This document shows positions 57,050-64,000 of a stretch of 64,000 bases of DNA, piece after piece. The notes under the pieces were generated by a model that was given only the letters and a program-made list of their open reading frames with translations, had not been told where the DNA came from and searched no databases. The stretch spans positions 10,682 to 74,681 of the forward strand of contig CAZCZE010000010.1 of assembly GCA_964503125.1 (NCBI GenBank). The letters run 5' to 3'. Origin of the DNA: an uncultured Gammaproteobacteria bacterium (lineage in GTDB: Bacteria > Pseudomonadota > Gammaproteobacteria > Steroidobacterales > Rariloculaceae). How positions within the stretch are numbered: position 1 is the stretch's first letter; each line of letters starts with the position of its first letter. The translations under genes and the position numbers were made by a program.

Positions 57050-58345
57050 GTGAGGGTCTTGGTCATCGGCAGCGGCGGACGCGAGCACGCGATCGCTTGG
57101 AAGCTCGCGCAGTCGCCGCGAGTCGGCGAAGTCATCGTCGCCCCGGGCAACGCGGGCACGGCCACCGAGCGCAAGACGCGCAACGTCGCCGTCGGCGTCG
57201 CGGACCACGGCAAGCTCATCGAGGTCGCGCGCGCCGAGCAAGTGGCGCTCACGGTCGTGGGGCCCGAGATCCCGCTCGTGGCCGGCATCGTCGACCGCTT
57301 CGAGGCCGCCGGCCTCAAGTGCTTCGGGCCGAAGGCCGCGGGCGCGCAGCTCGAAGGCTCGAAGGCGTTCACGAAGGAGTTTCTCGTTCGGCACCGCATT
57401 CCGACGGCGGCCTATCGCACGTTCACGGATTTCGCCGCGGCGCGCGACTACGCGCGCACGCGCACACTCCCGATCGTCATCAAAGCCGACGGGCTCGCGG
57501 CCGGCAAAGGCGTCATCATCGCGCCGGCCTTGGCCGAGGCCGAGCAAACGCTCGACCGCGTGCTGCGCCAGCGGCAGTTCGGCGATGCGGGCGCCAAGGT
57601 CGTCATCGAGGATTTTCTCGCGGGCGAGGAAGCGAGCTTCATCGCGCTCGTCGACGGCCCACGCCTCGTGCCGCTCGCGAGCTCGCAGGACCACAAGACG
57701 CGCGACGACGGCGACCGCGGGCCCAACACGGGCGGCATGGGCGCCTATTCGCCGGCGCCGGTCGTGACCGACGCCGTGCACGAGCGTGTCATGCGCGAGA
57801 TCATGCTGCCGACCGTCCGCGGGCTCGCGGCCGATGGCATTGACTATCGCGGCTTCCTCTACGCGGGCCTCATGATCGACGGCGCGGGACAACCGCGCGT
57901 CATCGAGTTCAACTGCCGCCTCGGCGATCCCGAGACGCAGCCGATCCTGTTCCGTCTGCGCTCGGACCTGCTCGAGATCTTGTCGTCTTGCTTCGACGGC
58001 ACTCTTGGCGAGAAGCCGCTCGACTGGGACTCGCGCGCGACGGTCGGCGTCGTCATGGCGAGCCGCGGCTATCCCGACGCCTACGACAAGGGCAAGCCGA
58101 TCCGCGGCCTCGACGCAGCCACGGGCGCCGACGTGAAGGTTTTTCATGCGGGCACGAAGCTCGAAGGCGGCAAGGTCGTCACAGACGGCGGCCGCGTGCT
58201 CTGCGTCGTCGGCGCGGGCACGACCGTGCGCGCAGCCTGCGACGCAGCCTACTCGGGCGTCCGCCAGGTTACTTGGGACGGCGCCTTCTACCGCTCCGAC
58301 ATCGGCCACCGCGCGATCCAGCGCGAAGAGGGTGCTACTTCGTAG
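57050..58345 (+). CDS. purD: Phosphoribosylamine-glycine ligase
   Basis: GTG start. Contains VRVLVIGSGGREHAIAWKL, GPEIPLVAGIVD, IKADGLAAGKGV, NTGGMGAYSP and EFNCRLGDPETQ. Confidence 0.93.
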   Translation: MRVLVIGSGGREHAIAWKLAQSPRVGEVIVAPGNAGTATERKTRNVAVGVADHGKLIEVARAEQVALTVVGPEIPLVAGIVDRFEAAGLKCFGPKAAGAQLEGSKAFTKEFLVRHRIPTAAYRTFTDFAAARDYARTRTLPIVIKADGLAAGKGVIIAPALAEAEQTLDRVLRQRQFGDAGAKVVIEDFLAGEEASFIALVDGPRLVPLASSQDHKTRDDGDRGPNTGGMGAYSPAPVVTDAVHERVMREIMLPTVRGLAADGIDYRGFLYAGLMIDGAGQPRVIEFNCRLGDPETQPILFRLRSDLLEILSSCFDGTLGEKPLDWDSRATVGVVMASRGYPDAYDKGKPIRGLDAATGADVKVFHAGTKLEGGKVVTDGGRVLCVVGAGTTVRAACDAAYSGVRQVTWDGAFYRSDIGHRAIQREEGATS

Positions 58346-58363
58346 ACCGCGGGCGCGCGCTGC

Positions 58364-58460
58364 CGCGTGGAGGCTGTCCCGAGACACGCCGGAAGACCAT
58401 CCCTGGGGCTCGTCTGCGCACATCCCTGTGCGCAGACGGTCTCGGGACAGCCTCCACGCG
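58364..58460. repeat. REP-like nested palindromic element, copy B (inverted orientation relative to A and C)
   Basis: 22-bp perfect outer inverted repeat (58364-58385 / 58439-58460). GAGAC...GTCTC boundary. The asymmetric 25-nt segment is on the left side (58386-58410). Inner stem CGTCTGCGCAC / GTGCGCAGACG (58411-58421 / 58428-58438) with a 6-nt loop. Confidence 0.85.
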
Positions 58461-58586
58461 TCAGCACCCGCCCGCTACGGAGTCGGGTGATTTGGGGACG
58501 AGCACAGCGCGCACATCCGCACGGTGACGCGGAAGCGGCCGTGACGTCGAAAGAACTCTCTTTTCCCTGAGTGAGGCGCCTACGCA

Positions 58587-58729
58587 GCGTTACGGCGGCG
58601 GCGGGAGGACTTCGAGGGTCCTTCGCGAGACCGTCGGCGCACAGGGATGTGCGCCGACGAGCCCCAGGGACGGTCTTCGGGCGTGTCTCGCGACGGACCC
58701 TCGAAGGCCTCCCGTCGACGCCGTAACGC
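58587..58729. repeat. REP-like nested palindromic element, copy C
   Basis: 45-bp outer inverted repeat with 4 mismatches (58587-58631 / 58685-58729). Inner stem CGTCGGCGCAC / GTGCGCCGACG (58632-58642 / 58649-58659). Loop AGGGAT. Asymmetric segment AGCCCCAGGGACGGTCTTCGGGCGT (58660-58684). Confidence 0.85.
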
Positions 58730-58749
58730 GGAAGTAGAACGACCGAGCG

Positions 58750-60006
58750 TTATCGCTTCATGGACTCGAAGAAGTCGGCGTTCGTCTTCGTGTCCTGCAG
58801 CTTCGACAGCAAGAACTCGACGGCTGCGAGCTCGTCCATCGGATGCAGCACTTTGCGCAGCACCCACATCTTCTGCAGCTCGTCGGCCTGCGTGAGGAGC
58901 TCCTCTTTGCGCGTGCCCGAGCGGTTGATGTTGATGGCCGGGAACACGCGCTTCTCCGCGATGCGGCGATCCAGGTGGATCTCCATGTTGCCCGTGCCCT
59001 TGAACTCCTCGTAGATGACGTCGTCCATCTTGGAGCCCGTGTCGATGAGGGCCGTGGCGATGATCGTGAGGCTGCCGCCCTCCTCGATGTTGCGCGCCGC
59101 GCCGAAGAAGCGCTTCGGCCGCTGCAGCGCGTTCGCGTCGACGCCGCCCGTGAGCACCTTGCCCGACGACGGGACGACGGTGTTGTAGGCGCGCGCGAGG
59201 CGCGTGATCGAGTCGAGCAGGATGACGACGTCTTGCTTGTGCTCGGTGAGTCGCTTCGCTTTCTCGATGACCATCTCGGCCACCTGCACGTGGCGCGTCG
59301 CGGGCTCGTCGAACGTGCTCGACACCACCTCGCCGCGCACGGTGCGCTCCATCTCGGTGACCTCTTCCGGCCGCTCGTCGATGAGTAGCACGATGAGCTT
59401 CACGTCGGGATGATTCGCGGCAATCGACGCCGCGATGTTCTGCAGCAGCATCGTCTTACCGGCCTTTGGCGGCGAGACGATGAGCCCGCGCTGGCCTTTG
59501 CCGATCGGCGCGACCATGTCGATGATGCGCGCCGTCAAGTCTTCCGTGCTGCCGTTGCCCTGCTCGAGCTTGAGGCGCTTCTTGGGAAAGAGCGGCGTCA
59601 AGTTCTCGAAGAGCACCTTGCTCTTCGCGTTCTCGGGCGCGTCGAGGTTGATCTCGCCGATCTTGAGCAGCGCAAAGTAGCGCTCGCCGTCCTTGGGCGG
59701 CCGGATGAGACCGGACACCGTATCGCCGGTGCGCAAGTTGAAGCGGCGGATCTGGCTCGGGCTCACGTAGATGTCGTCGGGGCCCGCGAGATACGAGCCG
59801 TCCGCGGAACGCAGGAAGCCGAAGCCGTCCTGCAGGATCTCGAGCACGCCTTCGCCGAAGATGCTCTCGCCGTTCTTGGCGTGGGCTTTGAGGATCGAGA
59901 AGATGATGTCTTGCTTGCGCGAGCGGGCCAGATTCTCGAGGCCCATCGACTCGGCGAGCTGGACGAGCGCGGCCGCGGGCCGCGTCTTGAGCTCGGCGAG
60001 ATTCAT
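58750..60006 (-). CDS. rho: Transcription termination factor Rho (canonical core; a possible N-terminal extension to 60081 or 60171 is discussed in the findings)
   Basis: From [42 protein letters not shown] the protein is collinear with, and highly similar to, E. coli Rho over 418 aa ([41 protein letters not shown]-terminal FFESMKR). The reading frame stays open upstream to 60207. Confidence 0.95.
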   Translation of the reverse strand: MNLAELKTRPAAALVQLAESMGLENLARSRKQDIIFSILKAHAKNGESIFGEGVLEILQDGFGFLRSADGSYLAGPDDIYVSPSQIRRFNLRTGDTVSGLIRPPKDGERYFALLKIGEINLDAPENAKSKVLFENLTPLFPKKRLKLEQGNGSTEDLTARIIDMVAPIGKGQRGLIVSPPKAGKTMLLQNIAASIAANHPDVKLIVLLIDERPEEVTEMERTVRGEVVSSTFDEPATRHVQVAEMVIEKAKRLTEHKQDVVILLDSITRLARAYNTVVPSSGKVLTGGVDANALQRPKRFFGAARNIEEGGSLTIIATALIDTGSKMDDVIYEEFKGTGNMEIHLDRRIAEKRVFPAININRSGTRKEELLTQADELQKMWVLRKVLHPMDELAAVEFLLSKLQDTKTNADFFESMKR

Positions 60007-60088
60007 CGCGTTTTTCGTCGATTCGAGCTCCGCAGCCGGAATGACGTCGAACTCTTCGTCGTCGGGGAACTCCTCGCGCATCGGGCCG

Positions 60089-60111
60089 CCCCCACCCCCG
60101 CCCCCGCCCCC
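60089..60111 (-). other. Canonical G-quadruplex motif (G5-N1-G5-N1-G5-N1-G5) on the rho sense strand
   Basis: The plus strand reads CCCCC-A-CCCCC-G-CCCCC-G-CCCCC, so the minus strand reads GGGGGCGGGGGCGGGGGTGGGGG. It lies 83-105 nt upstream of the canonical rho ATG. If translated in the rho frame it encodes Gly9. Confidence 0.9.
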
Positions 60112-60231
60112 GCGATTGCGCCGGTTGCGTTTGCCGTTGCCGTCGCCCCCTTGATGCGGGCCGTCTTTCATGCGCGCGCGCGCCGAATTGCCTAGGTATC
60201 CCCTCACGACTGCATCCCGAAGTGTGTTGAG

Positions 60232-60588
60232 TTAGGTGCGTATGGCATTTAGCTGTTTCTCGGCATTTAGATGTTTCTCGAGGAACGATTCGAGCTGTGC
60301 TTTGGAAACTGCGCCGACTTGTTGCGCGGCGACGGTGCCGTTGCGGAATAGGAGCAGAGTTGGAATACCGCGGATGTTGAACTTGGGCGGCGTCTTGGGG
60401 TTCTCGTCGATGTTGAGCTTGACGACGCGGAGCTTGTCTTTGTACTCGGTGGCGATGGTGTCGAGAATCGGCGCAATCATTTTGCAGGGGCCGCACCATT
60501 CGGCCCAGAAATCGAGCAGCACGGGCTCTTTGGATTTCACGACGTCCTGCTCAAAAGCCGCGTCTGTCGTATGTACGATCTCACTCAC
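60232..60588 (-). CDS. trxA: Thioredoxin 1
   Basis: GTG start at 60588 after GAGG. (M)[42 protein letters not shown]... contains the WCGPC active site. 118 aa with a short C-terminal extension. Confidence 0.9.
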   Translation of the reverse strand: MSEIVHTTDAAFEQDVVKSKEPVLLDFWAEWCGPCKMIAPILDTIATEYKDKLRVVKLNIDENPKTPPKFNIRGIPTLLLFRNGTVAAQQVGAVSKAQLESFLEKHLNAEKQLNAIRT

Positions 60589-60790
60589 AAGGCTTGAATC
60601 CTCTGATTTCCTACCCCCTCCAAGGCCCTCTGAGGCGGGTAGGCGAAAGTCGATAACACCCAGTTGAGCTAAGCCGAAAGTGACGCCGCCTGGCGGGTCA
60701 GGCACAATCTGCGGCAGGTGCTTCCTTCGAGGCTCGCAGGAATACAGTGGGTATCTAGGAGGGCGTGCCGGTATTTTTAACTGCCGAGAC

Positions 60791-62131
60791 GTGAATTTGC
60801 AAGTATCGAGGTCCGATATAGACACCGCTCCCCCTTCGAGCCACCACCTCACCGAGCTGCGCTTTACCGACCTTCCGTTATCGGAAGGAGTACAGCGTGG
60901 CATCGCCGACGCAGGGTTCGTTCACTGCACGCCCATTCAGAGCAAGACTCTGCCGATGGCGCTCGAGGGCCAAGACGTCGCAGGCCAGGCGCAAACGGGC
61001 ACGGGCAAGACGGCTGCGTTTCTGCTGGCGATGTTCCATCGCCTCGAGAACACCCCGCGGCCTCCAATCGACGACGGACCGCCGGCGCCGCGGGCGTTGA
61101 TCATGGCCCCCACACGCGAGCTCGCGGTACAAGTTCACACCGATGCGACGCAGCTCGGCAAGCACTTACCGTTCACGCTCGGTCTCGCGTTCGGCGGCAC
61201 AGATTACGACAAACAGCGCGAGATTCTCGCCGCGGGTGTCGACGTGCTCATCGGCACACCGGGGCGCCTCATCGATTTCTACAAACAGCGCGTGTTCGGT
61301 CTGCGCGGCATTCAAGTGCTGATCCTCGACGAGGCCGATCGCATGTTCGATCTCGGCTTCATCAAGGACATCCGCTACGTCTTGCGGCGGCTGCCCGAGC
61401 ACCAGCACCGCTTGAACATGCTGTTCTCGGCCACGCTCTCGCATCGCGTGCTCGAGCTCGCCTACGAGCACATGAACGATCCCGAGCTCGTGCGCATCGA
61501 GCCCGACAAGATGACGGTTGATCGCGTGACGCAGTGCATCTATTTTCCGGCGATGGAGGAGAAGCTGCCGCTGCTCCTCACACTGCTCCGCGATCGCGAC
61601 GCGAGCCGCACGATGGTGTTCGTCAACACGCGCCGCGAAGCGGATCGGCTACGCGACGCGCTCCAGCACAACGGCATCAACGCCGAAGCGCTGTCGGGCG
61701 ACGTGCCGCAGCGCAAGCGCTTGCGCATGCTCAAGGACTTTCAGGCCGGCGAGCTCGCCGTGCTCATCGGCACCGACGTCGCCTCGCGCGGCCTACACGT
61801 GCCGGGCGTGAGCCACGTGTTCAACTACGACTTGCCCCAGGATCCCGAGGACTACGTTCATCGCATCGGCCGCACCGCACGCGCGGGCGCCGCGGGCGAC
61901 GCCATCAGCTTCGGCTGCGAGACTTATGCGATCTCGCTGCCCGACATCGAAGCGTTCCTCGGCCGCAAGATCCCCGTCGCGACGTTCGACCACAACGCAC
62001 TCGTGACGACGTTGCCCAATGCGCCGCGCACCCATCGGCCGCACTTTGGCCCCGGCAACGGCGGCCGCCGCCCCGGCGGGCCGCCGGGCGGGCGCCGGCC
62101 GCGGCGCGCGCACTCGGGCCGGCGCCCGTAG
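60791..62131 (+). CDS. rhlB: ATP-dependent RNA helicase RhlB (DEAD-box)
   Basis: Q-motif context (FTDLPL...GFVHCTPIQ), [31 protein letters not shown], and an Arg/Gly/Pro-rich C-terminal tail. It sits next to trxA-rho, as in E. coli. The start is uncertain (GTG 60791 chosen; no in-frame ATG nearby). Confidence 0.85.
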   Translation: MNLQVSRSDIDTAPPSSHHLTELRFTDLPLSEGVQRGIADAGFVHCTPIQSKTLPMALEGQDVAGQAQTGTGKTAAFLLAMFHRLENTPRPPIDDGPPAPRALIMAPTRELAVQVHTDATQLGKHLPFTLGLAFGGTDYDKQREILAAGVDVLIGTPGRLIDFYKQRVFGLRGIQVLILDEADRMFDLGFIKDIRYVLRRLPEHQHRLNMLFSATLSHRVLELAYEHMNDPELVRIEPDKMTVDRVTQCIYFPAMEEKLPLLLTLLRDRDASRTMVFVNTRREADRLRDALQHNGINAEALSGDVPQRKRLRMLKDFQAGELAVLIGTDVASRGLHVPGVSHVFNYDLPQDPEDYVHRIGRTARAGAAGDAISFGCETYAISLPDIEAFLGRKIPVATFDHNALVTTLPNAPRTHRPHFGPGNGGRRPGGPPGGRRPRRAHSGRRP

Positions 62132-62138
62132 CGCGGCC

Positions 62139-62807
62139 CTAGACGAGCTCGAACACCCCGTCTACGCCCACGAAGTCGGCGATCGTGCGCGGCGGCTCGC
62201 GCGAGTCCGGGCGGCGAATCGCGATCGTGTGCCGCACACCGTGGGCGCGCGCGGCCGCAAGCACTGCGACGCTGTCCTCGACGAGCAGCGTGCGCACGCC
62301 GTCGAACGGCGCGTGCCGCTCGAGCGCGAGCCAAAATGCTGCACTCTCTTTCGGCGCCGCGAAGTCGTGCGAGCAGACGACGCCGTCGACGAGCTTGTCG
62401 ATGCCTGTATGCTCCGCTTTGACGGCGAACGTGTCGCGGTGCGCGTTCGTGACTACGAGCACGCGTTTGCCGCGCGCGCGCACGGCGGCAAGAAACGCTT
62501 GCGCGCCGGGCAGAAAGCGGATGTGCTCGCGATGCTCGCGCTTCAGAGTCTTGAGATCCATGCCGAGATCGCGCGTCCAGTGATCGAGGCAATACCAGTC
62601 GAGCGTTCCGACCTTGGAGGCGAAGCGCGGCGCGAGCGCCATCTCCGCCGCATTCACGCTCATGCCGTTCCGCTCCGCGTAGCACCGCGGCACGAGCTCG
62701 CGCCAGAAGAAATTGTCGAACGCGAGATCGAGCAGCGTGCCGTCCATGTCGACGAGCACGGTGTCGATCGCCTCCCAATCGACGACGGCGTTGGCTGCGT
62801 GTGCCAT
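62139..62807 (-). CDS. yrfG: HAD-family GMP/IMP nucleotidase YrfG-like
   Basis: WEAIDTVLVDMDGTLLDLAFDNFFWRELVP...LDWYCLDHWTRDLGMDL is closely parallel to E. coli YrfG as I recall it. ATG 62807 is preferred over 62822. Confidence 0.8.
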   Translation of the reverse strand: MAHAANAVVDWEAIDTVLVDMDGTLLDLAFDNFFWRELVPRCYAERNGMSVNAAEMALAPRFASKVGTLDWYCLDHWTRDLGMDLKTLKREHREHIRFLPGAQAFLAAVRARGKRVLVVTNAHRDTFAVKAEHTGIDKLVDGVVCSHDFAAPKESAAFWLALERHAPFDGVRTLLVEDSVAVLAAARAHGVRHTIAIRRPDSREPPRTIADFVGVDGVFELV

Positions 62808-62827
62808 GCCGCTATGATACAAGAGCC

Positions 62828-63664
62828 ATGTTGAGCGACCCTGCCGAGCAACGACGACGACTCGACGCCGTGTGCGCCATCGCGCGCGCCGCGGGTCATG
62901 CCATTCTCGAGGTCTACGGAAGCGAGTTCGCGGTGTCGCGGAAAAGCGACGATTCGCCGCTCACCGAAGCCGACCGTGTGGCGCACACGATCATTTCGCG
63001 CGATGTCACGGCGCTCGACGACGCGATCCCATTGCTTTCCGAGGAATCGGCGCCGTTGGATCACGCGACGCGCCGCGGCTGGTCGCGCTATTGGCTCGTG
63101 GATCCCCTCGACGGCACGAAGGAGTTCGTGAAGCGCAACGGCGAGTTCACGGTCAACATTGCGCTCGTCGTCGACGGGCGTGCCGTGCTCGGCGCCGTGT
63201 GCGCGCCCGTGCTCGACCGCATGTACTTCGGCGCGCTCGCGCTCGGCGCGTGGCGGGCCGACGGCGGAGCCGCGCCGCAGGCCATCGCCGTCCGCAAGAC
63301 CGCGGCCTCGCCGCTGCGCGTCGTCGGCAGCCGCAGCCACCCGAGTCCCGAGCTCGCCGGCTACCTCGCGCGCTTAGGTCCTTACGAAATCACCGCTATG
63401 GGCAGCTCGCTCAAAATATGTCTCATTGCCGAGGGCGCGGCCGACGTTTACCCGCGGCTCGGACCGACGTCGGAATGGGACACGGCCGCCGCGCAGGCTA
63501 TCCTCGAAAGCGCCGGCGGGCGTATGATCGACCTAGCCGGCCGGCCGCTGCGGTACAACTCCAAAGACGACTTGTTGAATCCACACTTCCTGGCCTTTGG
63601 CGACCAGCAGCGGGACTGGTTGGCACCGATCCAAACAACGCGTGGACGAGAAAGTCGACACTGA
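62828..63664 (+). CDS. cysQ: 3'(2'),5'-bisphosphate nucleotidase CysQ
   Basis: Starts at ATG 62828. Contains SPLTEADRVAH, LSEES, WLVDPLDGTKEF, MGSSLKICLIAEG and EWDTAAAQAIL. Confidence 0.88.
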   Translation: MLSDPAEQRRRLDAVCAIARAAGHAILEVYGSEFAVSRKSDDSPLTEADRVAHTIISRDVTALDDAIPLLSEESAPLDHATRRGWSRYWLVDPLDGTKEFVKRNGEFTVNIALVVDGRAVLGAVCAPVLDRMYFGALALGAWRADGGAAPQAIAVRKTAASPLRVVGSRSHPSPELAGYLARLGPYEITAMGSSLKICLIAEGAADVYPRLGPTSEWDTAAAQAILESAGGRMIDLAGRPLRYNSKDDLLNPHFLAFGDQQRDWLAPIQTTRGRESRH

Positions 63665-63857
63665 GACCTTCAGGAACGTGGAGCGGCTCAAGCAATTGCG
63701 CGTCGAGCACCGGGACCTCGATCAGGTCATCGCCCGGCTGGTCAACGATCCGAACGTGGATCAGCTCATGTTGAAGCGTTTGAAGAAGCGCAAGCTGATG
63801 CTCAAAGACATGATCACTCAGCTCGAAAGCGCCAGGATCCCGGACTTGAACGCCTGA
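63642..63857 (+). CDS. YdcH/DUF465 family small protein
   Basis: LKQLRVEHRDLDQVIARL....MLKRLKKRKLMLKDMITQLESARIPD is the characteristic DUF465 pattern. A GTG start at 63642 is assumed, overlapping the cysQ 3' end by 23 nt. The ORF-track start at 63597 is less likely. Confidence 0.7.
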   Translation: MDEKVDTETFRNVERLKQLRVEHRDLDQVIARLVNDPNVDQLMLKRLKKRKLMLKDMITQLESARIPDLNA

Positions 63858-63867
63858 GGGTACGCTT

Positions 63868-64000
63868 TTGGACCTGATTGCCGACATCGGCGCAACCAAC
63901 ACGCGCTGCGCCCTCCTCGACGACAAAGGAAAGGAAGTCGCCACCGAGGTGTTCGAGAACGGCGACTTCAACGGTGTCGCCGGCGTGCTGGGCGTCTACT
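63868..64000 (+). CDS. glk: Probable glucokinase, N-terminal fragment (runs off the window end)
   Basis: TTG start. LDLIADIGATNTRCALLDDKGKEV... matches the ROK/Glk N-terminal ATP-binding motif (DIGGTNxRxAL). Only about 44 codons are visible. Confidence 0.55.
   Translation, partial: MDLIADIGATNTRCALLDDKGKEVATEVFENGDFNGVAGVLGVY

Overview
High-GC gammaproteobacterial chromosomal segment, roughly two-thirds G+C by eye. It is almost wall-to-wall core and housekeeping genes. Gene order recalls the Pseudomonas / Xanthomonadales-Nevskiales backbone; that taxonomic placement is inference only.

Main blocks, left to right:
- bactofilin, rppH, tyrA, fghA, pdxH
- a secreted TolB-like/amidohydrolase fusion
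- a PduO-type adenosyltransferase, ampD, rsmE
- the type IV pilus Chp chemosensory cluster on the minus strand: pilG-pilH-pilI-pilJ-chpA-chpC
- divergent gshB, a tonB3-like gene, algH/yqgE, ruvX
- a PyrK-like oxidoreductase
- three tandem PilT-family ATPases: pilT, pilU and an extra pilU-like gene
- yggS, yggT, htpG
- a small islet with an orphan ParA-like ATPase
- ppnN and an L,D-transpeptidase
- an LPS inner-core/lipid A cluster: two lpxL paralogs, kdkA, waaF and hldD, with mscL between
- glnE, groESL (with CIRCE), cutA-dsbD and a tlpA-like gene
- aroQ-accB-accC-prmA, fis-purH-purD, rho-trxA / rhlB, yrfG / cysQ, and the start of glk

I found no rRNA, tRNA, CRISPR array, IS element, integrase or prophage signal. 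I see no convincing novel multi-gene protein system.

The most unusual signals are non-coding:
1. An AT-rich ~600-nt gap with a near-consensus sigma54 promoter, a ~255-nt A-rich region and a strong intrinsic terminator. This is a candidate CrcZ-like Hfq-sponge sRNA.
2. Four consecutive G5 tracts on the rho sense strand just upstream of the canonical rho start. They are either a G-quadruplex in the rho leader or a Gly9 tract in an N-terminal Rho extension.
3. A family of nested-palindrome REP-like elements, three copies, all at convergent gene junctions. They share a conserved core, have divergent but self-complementary outer arms, and show one compensatory stem change.

Many long ORFs in the supplied track are antisense or out-of-frame artefacts of the high GC content and were not called.
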